DNA of 64,000 bases from Podarcis pityusensis (Eukaryota): the NCBI GenBank assembly GCA_964106645.2, contig OZ067041.1, one strand, 5' to 3'. Numbering within the stretch: the first letter of the stretch is position 1; each line of letters begins with the position of its first letter. A model generated the notes under the pieces. It ran no database searches and was not told the origin of the DNA. It worked only from the letters and a program-made list of their open reading frames with translations. Below are positions 50,690 through 64,000 of the stretch, piece by piece. The position numbers and the translations under genes are program-made.

Positions 50690-50984
50690 TTAAGAAATTG
50701 TATCAAATTAAAGTAATTCGGTTTGATTTGTAATAATTTGGATTATAAAAATAAATATTAAAAAGATGTCTGGAATTGACCATGAGACCTTCTGCAAATC
50801 AACTCAGTGTTAAAAGGCTGAAGACTAGGCTGAAGACAGACATTTATGGGAAACTTCCCCCACCCCTATTTCTAGTCTTATTAAGGAAATCCAGAACAGC
50901 CCCTGAAGACCCACAAGGTTCCTAGAGTATGCAGACACCTATTTTGATCAATAAACCCTGCCATTTTAAAATTCTGCCAAGGAA

Positions 50985-51829
50985 TTGATGGGATGTTCAT
51001 CCAACGTGCAGAAGATGACAAACTGGGAGGGGTAGCTAATGCTGCAGAAGACAGAATCAGGATTCAAAATGACCTTAGCAGAGTGGAGAACTGGGAAAAC
51101 TAACAAAATCAATTTCAGCAGGGACATATCTAAGGACCTGCACTTAGGCAGGATGGCTGCACCAATATAAGATGAGAACACTGGCCTTGCCACTGGGACA
51201 TGCGAAAAGGATCTAGGGATCTTAGTAGACCACAAGCTTAGTAGACCACAAAGTTATTCTAGGCTGCATCAACAGAAGTATAATGCCCTGATCAAGGGAA
51301 GTAATAGGCTTGTATTCTGTTGTATTCTGTCTTCATCAGATCATACCTGGAGAACCATGTCCAGTTCCAGGTGCCACAATTTTAAAAAAATATATGAATA
51401 AGCAGAAACATATTCAGAGGAGGGTAACCAAGATGATTAAGGGTCTGGAAACCAAGCCTTGTAGGCAACGTTTGGGTATGTTTAGCCTAGAGAAAAGGAG
51501 ACTGAGAAGAGATATGATAGCCATCTTCAGATATGTAAAGGGTTGTCACATGGAAGGTAGAGCAAGTTTGTTTTGTCCTACTTCGGAAGATAGGACCTGA
51601 ACCAATGGGTTCAAATTACAAGGAAGGAGATTCCAGCTAAACATCAGCAAGAATTTTCTGGTGGTAAGAGCTGTTCAGCAGTGGAATGGACTCCATTGGA
51701 AGATGGTTTTTAAGCAGAGGTTAGATGGTCATCTGTCATGGATGCTTTAGTTGAGATTTCTGAATTGCAGGGCGTTGAATTAGATGATCCTCATGTTGGC
51801 TTCCAACGCTACAGTTCTATGATTCTATA
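50985..51829 (+). mobile_element. CR1 LINE 3' fragment, degenerate
   Basis: RT-end motifs (KLGG, IQNDL, EKDLGILVDHKL, QRRVTKMIKGLE) and TTCTATGATTCTA tail. Confidence 0.9.
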
Positions 51830-52786
51830 GTCACTCTCAAGACAGTTATATAAAATAATGATCTGCAATGGAGCTTCAACAATATACAACCAACCGAAGT
51901 TCTGACTCCATGTTTTATTTTCACCTTTTAAAAAATCACTGCCCAAATCAAGTGCTCATGTCATCACAATCCCATCTTCCACTGTGTGTTGAGATATGAT
52001 TAATATTCTTTCATAAATCAAGCATAAGTAAGGGGAACAGTAGCAGAAATAATCCTGAAATATAATATGGCTACACAGTTAGTGTGATGCAATTTAGGAT
52101 GATAATTTATTATTTTGGTAAGCAGCAACATTGCACATGGGCCTTCTGATTCAGTTCCACTGAGCCAAGTTCAACTAATTAGATTAGATTCCATGAACAG
52201 CGTAGTGTATTACAAAGCCAATAACTGACAGCTGTCAAGGTTCTCACTTTCAAGGTTTATTTTGCAACCTTATTATGCACCACTTGCGCCCGTCTTAATT
52301 AAGAATGGGGAAATGCATATATTGGTGCATATAACTTGTTACTGACATTGCTTGTATACTGCACTCTTAATACATTAAGCATCCATGGTCTCTTAAGTCT
52401 ACCTGTGCAGAGGGGCGGCTGTACTTCACTCTTTTCTTGAATGACAGCATATTTACACAGGGTTTTTGTTGGGATTTAAATGATTTGATTCAGGGTATCT
52501 GAATCATGACATGGCAACTGTACTCACTAGATCACAAGTTAGAGAATCGTGGGTGAGATGCTCCCAGAAATCTTTGCTGTGTAAAATCATTGTACTTTTT
52601 AAAAAAAAAACTCTGCTCCCAACCCTGCCCTTCAGATTTAGTGCAACACCACTAATCCAGCAATGATGTTTCCATCAGATAGGCTATCAATGTTAATTTA
52701 ATGAGTATCTAATCTGCATTATTCACAGCTGGGAATTAGTACAGCTTTGGCTTTCATGCTTAAAAGCCGTAAGTGAATCATAGCAA

Positions 52787-52922
52787 CGTAGGAAGTTACC
52801 TTCTACTGAATCAGGCCATTGTTCCACCTAGTTCAGTAGCTCTCTGGGACAAGGGCTGGAGATGACAAGGATTGAATCTGAGACTTCTGCATTCCAAGAA
52901 GATTCTCTGCCACTGAGCTACG
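52787..52922 (-). mobile_element. Old tRNA-derived SINE
   Basis: CTCTGCCACTGAGCTA (A box on minus) and GGATTGAATC (B box). Confidence 0.6.
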
Positions 52923-53152
52923 ATGTTTCAAAGTACAACCAACTAAATGTGCATGCGCACAATCTTATATTCAGCTTGGAATTTCTCTCTTGTAATCATT
53001 GTGAGTAGGCAGAAGCAAATCTGTGGCATCTCCTCCTTCGCTCATCATTCCTGCTACCGTAAGTTTGTCCACCTCTGTGAATTTGAAAGATTGTTTCTTA
53101 CCTGTTCCACAGAGTCTTTTCTATTGATTCTACTTAATTTTAATTTGATTTA

Positions 53153-53391
53153 CAGTGGTACCTCGGGTTACATATGCTTCAGGTTACATACGCTTCAGGT
53201 TACAGACTCCGCTAACCCAGAAATAGTGCTTCAGATTAAGAAATTTGCTTCAGGATGAGAACAGAAATTGTGCTCCTGCGGCGCAGCAGCAGCAGGAGGC
53301 CCCATTAGCTAAAGTGGTGTTTCAGGTTAAGAACAGTTTCAGGTTAAGTACGGACCTCCGGAACAAATTAATATTAACCGAGGTACCACTG
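53153..53391 (-). mobile_element. Tc1/mariner (Tigger-like) MITE
   Basis: TA|CAGTGGTACCTCGG...CCGAGGTACCACTG|TA; opposite orientation to 39607 and 57439. Confidence 0.92.
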
Positions 53392-53662
53392 TATTAGACT
53401 TTATATCACTTTATACATTCAAAAGCCTCAGAGAGTCTTACCACCCTGAGACCCCCAGGTGTAGGGCGGTATATAAATTCAATAAATAATAATAACACAG
53501 TATTCAGCTTTTCAGCTGGGGAGTTGTTCTGTTCCAGTTTCACAGGTGTGCACAATAGTGCCACACTTTTGTGACAGTCTAAAAATAAGAGACTTACTTG
53601 GTAGCCCAGTTCATCAAGCGCACTAAGGCTGCACTTAACCATGCAAACATTTGATTTTGTTT

Positions 53663-53852
53663 TTTCCCCCAATTTTTTTTATTGATTTTCACAAAATTAT
53701 AAACACACAAACAGACAAACAGACAAACATAAATCATAATCTTATTAAAACTAATCTTATCAACATTGTTAAGTGACTTCCTCCTATCCCTCTAATTGGA
53801 TTTCAGTGTGAATCATTTTAACGGTTTTCCAAATCAAAATTCTTATAAACTT
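53663..53852 (-). mobile_element. 5'-truncated L1/Tx1-like 3' UTR
   Basis: Perfect 17-bp TSD AACATTTGATTTTGTTT (53646-53662, 53853-53869); AATAAA and A-tract on minus strand. Confidence 0.78.
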
Positions 53853-56800
53853 AACATTTGATTTTGTTTATATTTATGGGGTGCATGTTTTTAGTATTAT
53901 ATGGATTTGTTGTTGTTTATTTACTGGTTTTAAACTTACAAAATGTATAAGTTTATAATTTTTATTTTAAAATATTTCTTTTATACATTTTCTATTTCTG
54001 CAAGTTGCCTTGGGGCTTTTTGAAAAAGGTGACAAAATTTTTTAAATAACAATAATGTAATCCCCATTGAACACAAGAGGACCTACACATAGGAATACAC
54101 TGTAGAAACATGAATTATGCTTATCCCTGTGTTATGTAATGGAGCTGTTCCAGGTGATTAATGGGTTCTTGCCCTGAAGATTAAAGCATCTTCATACACA
54201 CAATGAGTGGTATTTAAATACACTTTACTCAGAATGGACCCATTGTAACTAATGAGCCTAACTTAGTCATGTTCAATGAGTCTACTCTGAGTAAAACTTA
54301 ATTGATTATTCCCCAGTATGTTTGACAGACATGTTGTGAGCAGAGTTACTCATACGCCTTCTACAAGACTTTCCATACAATTTTCCAAAACACATTTGGG
54401 ATATAACTACCAAAAAAAAAAGTACTTTATTAAATTGCATAGAAAGAATTTGGGCTGGAAGACTGAAACGCTGGCAGATTGAAATGACAAATATGAAGAA
54501 GAAAGACAAGAGTTAGGTAGGAGTTCAGAACTCTTGGCTAAAATTCAGGATTGGCCAATTATTTCCTCTTAATGCTGCATTCCAAAAATACTCAGGCCAT
54601 AGCCAAAAATGATGCAACTTTGTGACAAGGAGGAGACGACTCATCACACAAGTGTGCCTATGAAAGGCCTTCTGGCTTCCGGCATCTAGTTTCATGCAAA
54701 CATTTCTTGGATCTGCTTAAGACAGATAGTTGGAATCAGTTCTAGGTTTCCCAGAAGGCACAGCTCTTTTGAAAAACGAAGCATACATATTATAGTGGAA
54801 TTTAAGAATAAATTGCCCAGTTCCAGTTAGACTGAAAGTATATTCTCGATTAAGATTTTAAGAATGCTTAAATGGAAATCATTGTCAATGGGACAGATCA
54901 TCATTCTAATTACACCACAGGTAGCCTTACTTTTCCCCGTTCTTCTATTTCTGCAAGTCCGTGAAGTTTGTTGACACCAGGAACCTAAACATGTAACAAC
55001 AAAGTAAGTTTTTATTACCTTGGACCACAAGTGTATACTTATAATTCTGTACTAGACTGGGCACACACAGACATTTATTTTCAGGTACATAGGTTTACAA
55101 TTGCAGTCAAAGTCTAGGTATTACTTCTAGGTGTGTCATTAGGTGTTATTTGCAACATTGCTGAATGCAATGGCCAAGCTAGACATAACACCAAGAAATT
55201 ATTCCCCTTCTTTGCTTATTTGTTTTCCTGAAAAGGAGTCTTGGGGTGGCTACAGACTAGAATGGAAGAGTTACCAGAGAATAGATGACTGTTTGACTTC
55301 CTTCCATCCTGCCATTTTTACCCTCAAAATTGCACACATACAGTTATTTTTCCACATGTGGGGGAAATGACATATTCAAAGCCACAAGATAATACATAAC
55401 CTATTTTCACATGCATCCATAGGAACAATAATAACTGCTCTCTCTCCCACTGAAGCAAAATGTATCTTTAACAGTGACTCACAAATACATTTTGTAAGCT
55501 ATTAGAAATGTTAGTATATATGTCCTGTAATTTGTTTTGCCACTAGTTTCTGATGTTATTGATGTAACCCATCCTCTACCCTTTGGGGACAAGATGGGAT
55601 ATAAATCCAGAAAATTAATTGGTTAGTTAGTTAAGATGTGTATCAAGTTTAGCCACACAATGGCAACAATAAAGTCTGCTTTTTGTTGCCACTTTCATAC
55701 AAAAGGTTTCATTTGAACTTTCTGGCTTTTGACTCAGCATAAAGTCTTCGGCCCTGTGCAATAAATCATATACTACTTTCTGGACCTCAGTTACTCTGTA
55801 CAACGTAAACACCAGTATTTTCCCAGACAATGTTAGACTTAAAAACCTTCATCAACTGCACAGAAGCTTATCTGAACTTCAAGGACACCGGTGACAATCT
55901 GGTTATCTGTGTCAGTTTCTTATCAAAGGACCAGTACTTTGGTTTAGCTTTGATGAGTAGAAGTGAATTTCCTTCTAATTTCTTAGTTATGTAACATATT
56001 CTGCTCTATAAAGAAAGCTCCCTTAATACATTTAACAGGGTCTTCTACACTTTGCCAAATATTCATATCCCCACATGTTTAGGCAAATTCGTCTTTCAAA
56101 AACAGAACAACTTAAAAAGAAAACATGTCTTAGAGAATGATCAAGATGCTCACGCATAATGGATCCACCAACGAGAATGCGAATGTTGAATAACTTTGGA
56201 ACACACAGGACTTCGGAAACTTCAAAGACCCCATGATCAGAAAACCTGGAAAGAGTCTGCAAGGAAACCACAGATCATTAACAGCTTTGATTGGAAGATC
56301 TGGGTATTATAGGCAGAACTTATCAATTTTGTAGGTCAAATATCAAACTAAAATGGCCTTGATTTCAGAGTTGCCATTCCTCTCCGTCGTGTCTTGTTTT
56401 AACCATTTACAAGTGAGAACATTAATATCTGAAAAGCGAAATCACCATTCAATAAACATCCCGAAGTGTTGTGTGCCATATTTCTATTTGGGAGGCAGTA
56501 GTTATCTGAGAGCGGCGTTCAGATGCAATCAAGGGGATCTCAGCTTCACTGAGCTCTCACATGACAGCTTGGATCATTTCGGATCCCTTCCAGCAGAGAC
56601 AAAACAGCATCAAAAGCAGGAAGGTTTTTTCCCCACCCTCTTATTTCCAAGGATGAAAACACAACATCATTAGTCAAATTTACTCTGAACTTCTGCCTCC
56701 TCGTGTTGATTTGTACTCAGGTTGAGTAAACATATATTTTCATCATGGTAAATAATGTAAAAAGCCTGTCAGTAACTTAATTGCTTAAAGAATACTGCAT

Positions 56801-57438
56801 TGTAGGGTATAACCACTTTTTTTTAACTATAGTGCAGAAGTGAAGAGTGTCTCTTAAAATATATATATATATATGAAAGAAAAGAAAAACACCCATTATA
56901 TCTTGGCAATAAAGAAATCTGTTCCTTGTGGAAACTTTCATTATTAGAAAATGTCAATCGAGTCTTCCCTCCCAGTTTTTGAAAAGCAAAAAAAGAAAAG
57001 CCATCAAACAATTCCAAAGACAGACAAACATGAATTCTTTTTGTTGGTTGAAGATACTTTCACTCATGCTTATGCATTTTTGGAAAATTCAGTCGATGAC
57101 AAGTGATGACTCCATAATAGGAATGGAGGGCATATGATAGGCTTGGAAGCCCTGACAGTGAAAACAGCAGGTGGCCTCAAAAAGTAAGAAACAAATTTTC
57201 ATCTGCAGGAGGAAGTATTTTGCATCGCATGTACAAAGAATCTCCATGTCTACCTGTAAAGATGACCTTTTTTTGTGGTGGGGGTAGTCCTTGCACATGT
57301 AAGGACTTGACTTGGGAAAGCCTTGAGGGGCAAGTTTTCTTCTTGAACATATATTCTTGTTACTGGTGAAAAGACCGTGAGAGGCAGGGCAGCATGCAAT
57401 TCAAGTTGTTTCTGTTCTGAGCCAAAAAAAACCATCTA

Positions 57439-57663
57439 CAGTGGTACCTTGGGTTAAGTGCTTAATTTGTTCCGGAGGTCCGTACTTAACCTGAAACTGT
57501 TCTTAACCTGAAGCACCACTTTAGTTAATGGGGCCTCCTGCTGCCGCGCGCCGCCGGAGCACGATTTCTGTTCTTATCCTGAAGCAAAGTTCTTAACCTG
57601 AAGCACTATTTCTGGGTTAGCGGAGTCTGTAACCTGAAGCGTATGTAACCCGAGGTACCACTG
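57439..57663 (+). mobile_element. Tc1/mariner (Tigger-like) MITE
   Basis: TA|CAGTGGTACC...GGTACCACTG|TA. Confidence 0.92.
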
Positions 57664-58917
57664 TAATTGGATAAGAACCTAAACTACTGAGACAAAAAAA
57701 AGTGGAAGAGAGATTGTGGCCCAGCAGCAGAACACATATGGCACATGCAGAAAATATCAGATTCATTTCCTGGCTTCCTTTCATTTAAAAGGTATCTCAG
57801 GTAAGAGGGCAGGTGGTGTGGGTAGCGGGAAAGCTAAATTGTGGCATAATTTGTGTCTCCAATCACCCTGGGACAAAATCTAAGAGGAGTGGATCCTTTG
57901 GGCATCTAAACAAAAAGTTTCATGCAACCTCCGCAAGGTGATGATCCAAAGAATATGGGGACCAAAAAGCAAATCTGCAAGAGTAGATCTTCAGGGAGAA
58001 AAATTGGCAAGAGTGCAGGAGAAAACATCTGCCTGGTGCCTTGAGAAGTTACTGCTAGCCAAATTCAACATGCCTGGGCTACATGGAATAGTGACCTGAC
58101 TTGTACTAAGGACAGATGTTCATGTGGTACAACAGGTCAGCTACCTTTAAAATCTGTACGTACTGATATTAGTTCTTGCAACTACAAATATCAGGATATG
58201 TATTATTGGCTCAATAAACCCTTGTAAGATAGGCATGTATAGATTAAACTACCAATCATTATTCCTGTTTATCACAGCATTCATTCACTATGACTGCCCA
58301 ACATCATTTCCAATTCAAATGGCATTTATTACCTACCCACCAGAGCCAGAGCAATGCTTTACGACCGTGTGAAATTCAGCAAAAAAAAATCCATATATCA
58401 AATTTTAATTTTAATTTGTTTTAATTTCACTTGGCATATGAGGTGGCAACACTTTAAGCCATAGTTCCCTAATAAATAAACCTAAATGAAATAAGTGTAT
58501 CCTCACACACAGAAAGAAATAGACCCATCCTAACTTTCTCCCTCACATGTTAGTTATCTATTTGCAATGACTGCTTCTCTTAATGCAAGTTCCCTCCTGC
58601 ACTTTGAGGAGGTACAGTTAATGCAGATTTAATCCCTTGGGTGAAAGTACCGGTAAATGTTAAGCGGGAGAAATCCCTGACTGGAGACCTCTCTTTCCTT
58701 AAATGAAATGCAGTCACAGTGGACGGCCAATTTGATCAAAACAGCAGCAGGGTAAGGGGATGTCTAACCTTTTCCCCTGCATTGTTTTCCCCATCAAAAT
58801 CTCTGTCTCTTTTATACACATAGCTGCTACCTCCCCAAGTTCTTTTCTTACAACAGAGAGAGGCATTTTGATCAGGAAAATTGTACATGAAAAGGGGTTA
58901 AACACCCTCTCTCTCTC

Positions 58918-59660
58918 AAACTATATGAAAATAATGTATAGATGGTATGTTACACGAGTAAGGATGGCAAAAATGTATAAAACTGGGTCAAATACATGTT
59001 GGAAATGTAAAGAAAAAGAAGGTACTTTGCATCATATGTGGTGGGAATGTAGTGAAGTTAAAAAAAATAATGGGAAATGATATATAATGAGTTGAAAAAG
59101 GTGTTTAAAATGACATTTGGGGGAAAAACCAGAAGCATTTTTGTTAGGGATTTTAGGACGAGATCTGCCAAGAAAAACAAAGAACTTATTTATGTATGCT
59201 ACAACAGCGGCAAGAATCTTGTTAGCACAAAGATGGAAGAATGAGGAAATCCCAACGAAAGAACAATGGCAAGAAAAACTGGTGAGCTATGCGGAATTGG
59301 CAAAGCTGACATGCAAACCATGTGAGAAGGACAACAGTGACTTCAAGGAAGAATGGGAACTTTTTACAAATTATTTAAAAAGACAACAAAATGATTAGGA
59401 TTCCTTGGCAGGTTTTGAATAAACATCCACAAATTTATTAGTAGAACATACGATGGATAAGGCAAGAATATGTACAATTCTATAATATGCAGAGAAAATT
59501 ATGTATAAACAAATCAGAGAAGGGAGTTGAGGGAAGTCTCTGGGGGGTGGGAGAGGGAGGGAGGGGAGGGAATAAAAAGAGGGGGGGATGTAATTGGTGA
59601 TGTTGATTGATAATTTGTGTAGTTAAAAGTTTTCAATAAAAATGTTTTTTTTAAAAAAAA
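58918..59660 (+). mobile_element. L1-clade LINE 3' fragment
   Basis: Encodes CWKCKEKEGTLHHMWWEC (ORF2 CCHC knuckle) and AARILLAQRWK; G-rich 3' UTR, AATAAA and A tail; flanked by (CT)n on both sides. Confidence 0.9.
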
Positions 59661-60802
59661 CTCTCTCTCTCTCACACACACACACACACCAATCAAGCTG
59701 CAACCATAAGAAGCTGCATAGTTTTTTTAAGGAAGGAAGGAAGGGCAGGCAAGTGTGGGTGCAATAGGTATTTTCACCATCTGTAAGGAATAGGCCATAG
59801 CATCCCTCTCTTAAAACAATAGCATTACTTCCCAGCAGTCTTCAAATATAGATGTTCTTGCCTCACTTCACAGCATTCCCACCAAAATTCTGCATCCAAA
59901 ATAAAATATAAAACCCAATAAATCCTACAAAGAGAGACTCCAATTTTTCAAACTGGAACAGACTGGGCGAATGCTTGACCCTTCATTCTTCTTTTCAGAA
60001 TTTGGAATTTGGTGTTCTCACCTACTAGAATGAGTTGGAATTTAAGGGAAGGAATCTGAGTGGAAAAGGTGTATAAACACAGGGATCCCTGAACTGACGG
60101 CTTTGGTTAAGAGCCCTGCTGGGTTAAAAAGCTGCACCTGCATCTTATGGAAGATCTTTCACAGCTTCAGTGTGTATCTTTTAAACTACTAAAGCACTCA
60201 CAAAAGCACATAAATTTATTTGAATTAGCTCTACGTATTGTACATATTTTCTTTCTTACAATCTGCTACACCAAAAGACATAGTCAGTGCCTGCCTTCAG
60301 TAGTATGGCAGTGGTACTGCTAGCTATGTCTTGTCTTCTATCCAATGTACGGTAAATAAAAAATAAAAATTGTGGTCTCTTCCAATAATTGTTGCCCTGG
60401 ATTTCTTTGTGCACTGTCAACTTTGGTATGAATAAATTAAAGGTTCAAAAATCAGGCTAATGGCTAAAGGTACTGGATAAGATATCTGACTTGGACTAAT
60501 GGAACTCCAAAGCATATTGAGGGCACCAACTTGGGAAAGGCTGTTCTTGCCATTGGGCTTTGCTTCAAAACTATGAAAGCCTGTCAGTGGAATGAACAGG
60601 TTTAACTTGAAATCCACAGAGTAACATCCAGACCTACACCTGTACATTGCATGCTCTCCATCCACACACTATACAAATTAGCTTGTTATTACATGGAAGC
60701 AAGCCCTGTTTACCTCCACGGAACATTCATCTGAGCAAAGTGTTTACAGCGCCAGCTTTCTTTCTCCCTTGCCCACTCTAAACCCAGATTTATGTTTGCA
60801 TA

Positions 60803-60805
<3 letters not shown>

Positions 60806-60837
<32 letters not shown>
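60806..60837. repeat. (CA)n microsatellite
   Basis: Direct read. Confidence 0.95.
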
Positions 60838-60839
<2 letters not shown>

Positions 60840-61703
60840 GATGCTCTTTGTGTGCCATTCTGCACGTGCGTAAATTGGGTGTGCATCTTTTGTAAGCTTC
60901 TAATGCAAGCATCGAACACAAAATGAAAAGCCTTTGGCAACTATTCCCTGGAGAGGAACCACAGAAATAAATTATTAAAAATGCATCCATGTTTAAGCAG
61001 CACAGGGAAGTGAGGAAACACACAATGCTTTAGGCTGATTTTTGCTTTCATTATTTTAGCGCCCAGATGATGGGTTTTAAAAAGTATACTAGATCTCATT
61101 AGCTATTAAGTCAGATTCATTTGGGTACCCACAAATCCAAATAAGCTATGATGCAATAGGCTTAATAGAGGCATATATGGACAGAAAAAAATATGTGTTA
61201 AACCGCAAATTTCCTGTCTCAATCTGCTGTTACGAATTAAAATATGATTTCCCATTTATTTATTTCAAGTACTACATGACTTTAGGGGAATGTGATGAGG
61301 TAAGGGAAGAAAGAAAAAGGAGTCATATATATCAGCTTGCTACATTTATATCCCACCTTTCCATCCAAAATGCAGCTAACAACAATAAAATCTACAATTA
61401 AATACATTAAAAAACAGATTGCTTTGTCATCGTGCTCTGCTGCTAAATTTAACTGATCATGTGTATTACTATTCCTGCCCTCCCTTCCTTCCTTTGGGGT
61501 GTTGGTAGTGCTTCAATCTGAGCACGTGAAAGTGAGCACAATGTAGCCTTCCTTGCAAACAACAGCAATCTCTACCTGCTGGCATTGCAAGAGGGAAGTT
61601 TAGCCCTCCCAGACAACTTCCTTCCATACAAGTGAACAGAGTGTTGAACTGTAAGCAACAGCAACTACTCTCCTGAGAGGATGCTCCATCCTCCACTCAC
61701 AGG

Positions 61704-61939
61704 CAGTGGCATAGCATGGGTTGTCAGCACCCGGGGCTGCATGGAGGGGTGGAAGTGAGGGAAGGACCTCATTCCATGGAGGGAGAGGTCACATCCTGGT
61801 TTGCATGGAGAAGCTGTTTTCAACAGAGCCCAGCAACAGAACCATGCAGCTGTACTGAGACAGCACCCGGAGTTGAAATTTTGTGCCCCAACAATTTTGC
61901 ACCCAGGGCAACCATCTGTGTGGGCTCCATACACCACTG
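61704..61939 (+). mobile_element. Non-autonomous hAT-like element (CAGTGG...CCACTG)
   Basis: Perfect 8-bp TSD CTCACAGG (61696-61703, 61940-61947). Confidence 0.85.
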
Positions 61940-62959
61940 CTCACAGGGAGCCTATAGAGTTGCTATGTGCCCCACAGCAGAGATCACTATAATACACAGG
62001 TCTTCTTTCAGCATGACTGCTGAACATAGCAAAATATGACACACACATAGACACGCCGTCTGTTATTTACTAATGATAAAGCAACTCTGACTGGAGGGTG
62101 GCTTGAGGGACTTAACAGTGCTGTTTCATGACCCATCTCCATAGGCTTAAAACTTACGGCAAATGTTCCACCCTACCTATGTGCATGCAACATTTCTTGA
62201 GCAGTGACTTCATAGTTGGAAGTTACAGTAAAGGCCATTGCACACAGCCCACCTGCTCTGTGTGTGTGCCTGTGCGCGCACAGACATGTGCATGTGCACA
62301 TGTTCTTTAAATGAGTAGAGTGATTCCAGCTCATCCTACCCAGCTGCCACATGTGGAACTTGTAATTCTGCGTGCCATCCTTAGTGTGCTTTGGGTGTGA
62401 TGATCAGTAGTCCTCCAAGTTCTGCTTGTACAGAGTGAGTTGGAAAGCATTCACACATGAAGAAGAAGAGCTAAGGAAAACTGTCACAGAGCAAAATGCC
62501 CTGTATCTAACATCACTTTCTTATGAACCGCCGTGACCACCAAGGGAGATTCTGCTGGAAGGGAGACTCGTTGCACCACTGACCACTCGCAGATGCCACA
62601 CGCCAAAAGCAGGAGCGATGGCCCAGGAAGTACACAGTATTTTCCCCCCAAGCAGAGATATTTTCCCCCACATGAATTCGGAGCCACAGTATCTGTTTCC
62701 TTTGTTATTCCTGCTAAGCCACCTGAGCCAGCAGCATTAACATCCAGAACCTGTGAGTTACAGATCTCCAAATGTCATGATTCAGAGCGCTTAACAGCCA
62801 CATCTGGAAGTGTCCGGAATGTTTCTGTAATATTTCATATAAATCTGCCATTTAAATCCACTGCTTTGTCGCCCTATCCTCACTGGAGATGGGGAACGTT
62901 TTTCTGCCTCCCCTTTGTGACACCTTTTTAAGTATTTCAAAAGATGTCAACATAAACTC

Positions 62960-63160
62960 CTTTAATCATTCTCCTTTCTTTCTTTTTCCCCATGCTAAAC
63001 ATACCTAATTCCTTCAACTTTCTTTTCTATTTCACTACCCTCACAGACCTTTTATCATGCTTGTGATCCTTCTCTGAATATTATTCCATTTTTCATCATT
63101 GTTTTTGAACTGTTGTGCAGAGAGATGAATATATTACACGATGCCAGGGACTACCAGCCG
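62960..63160 (-). mobile_element. Ancient CR1 fragment
   Basis: GCTAAACATACCTAATTCCTTCAAC...ATCATGCTTGTGATCCTTCTCTGAA is the reverse complement of the QRR.T.MIKG...LKELGMFS segment. Confidence 0.65.
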
Positions 63161-63418
63161 TGCTTGCATCTTATGAACTCTTCCTGAGCCCTGGACTTAC
63201 ACTTCCCAGGACTAAAATTGACCTTTAATACAAATCCCCCCAGAACCTGTTTGAGATGCTGGAAACATTTGGAGCAATAAGTAGAGGGTTCCTCTGAGCC
63301 TCTACAGACTGCACTTTCCTCACCACTCAGTTAAATGCAGCCACAATGATTTTATAAACAGTGCTATATTTTTAATATATGCACTGTAGCTGCTATTATA
63401 TAACTATAATACACCCTA

Positions 63419-63811
63419 TTCGCCGAAGAATTGATGCTTTTGAATTATGGTGCTCAAGGAGACTCTTGAGAGCCCCATGGACTGCAAGAAGATCAAACCT
63501 ATCCATTCTGAAGGAAATCAGCCCTGAGTGCTCACTGGAAGGACAGATCCTGAAGCTGAGGCTCCAATATTTTGGCCACCTCAAGAGAAGAGAAGACTCC
63601 CTGGAAAAGACCCTGATGTTGGGAAAGATGGAGGGCACAAGGAGAAGGGGACAACAGAGGACAAGATGGTTGGACGGTGTTCTCGAAGCTACCAACATGA
63701 GTTTGACCAAACTGTGGGAGGCAGTGAAAGACAGGAGTGCCTGGCGTGCTCTGGTCCACGGGGTCACGAACAGTCGGACACGGCTAAACGACTAACAACA
63801 ACAACATCAAC
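63419..63811 (+). mobile_element. Bov-B (RTE) LINE 3' fragment
   Basis: Open ORF end RRRIDAFELWC...DRSAWRALVHGVTNSRTRLND*; (CAA)n tail; 11-bp TSD AATACACCCTA (63408-63418, 63812-63822). Confidence 0.95.
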
Positions 63812-64000
63812 AATACACCCTAAGCATAAAAAACAGTATTTTGAACTGTGCTCAGAATCAACAGCCAGTTTATAATCTTGGCAAGGTTTGTTTCAGTCTG
63901 CCTGCTCCAAGGGTAGGCTGATGTGCATAGCTAGATGCTTATGTAGATAGAAATATGATTTTAAAAGTCCGATAGATTAAGAAATTGGCACCATACTTAC

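Noticed and set aside
62533-62931. 132-aa ORF with YFPP twice
   Set aside because: Non-ATG start, the repeat comes from a short tandem duplication, and no homology is recognisable.
1-64000. Prokaryotic systems (operons, CRISPR arrays, defence islands)
   Set aside because: The sequence is vertebrate genomic DNA with no repeat-spacer array or dense gene packing.

Overview
This is eukaryotic, repeat-rich, apparently non-coding DNA from a squamate reptile. The mix of Sauria SINEs, Bov-B, a (CTT)n-tailed tRNA SINE, CR1, L2, L1 and hAT/Tc1-mariner MITEs suggests a lacertid lizard (inference). There is one assembly gap (8235-8550). I could not support any exon of a host protein-coding gene, rRNA, intact tRNA or CRISPR array. 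The recognisable ORFs are retroelement fragments; the rest look like noise. Several repeat-free blocks rich in homeodomain motifs resemble conserved non-coding enhancers, so the window is probably a large intron or gene desert. Five structures stand out. (1) A 645-bp solo LTR (19888-20532) whose U3 holds an uninterrupted 130-codon acidic/Pro-rich ORF with an RRSARL motif. (2) A SINE-unique DNA-SINE tail composite inside a single 7-bp target-site duplication (TSD) (29569-30470). (3) A ~230-bp locally templated inverted duplication at the 5' junction of an L2 insertion (16660-17926). (4) A candidate ~1.1-kb element bounded by terminal inverted repeats (TIRs) (48068-49182). (5) Several nested insertions that order transposon activity in time. 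Family names come from motif recognition by eye, not database searches. Boundaries without a TSD are approximate.
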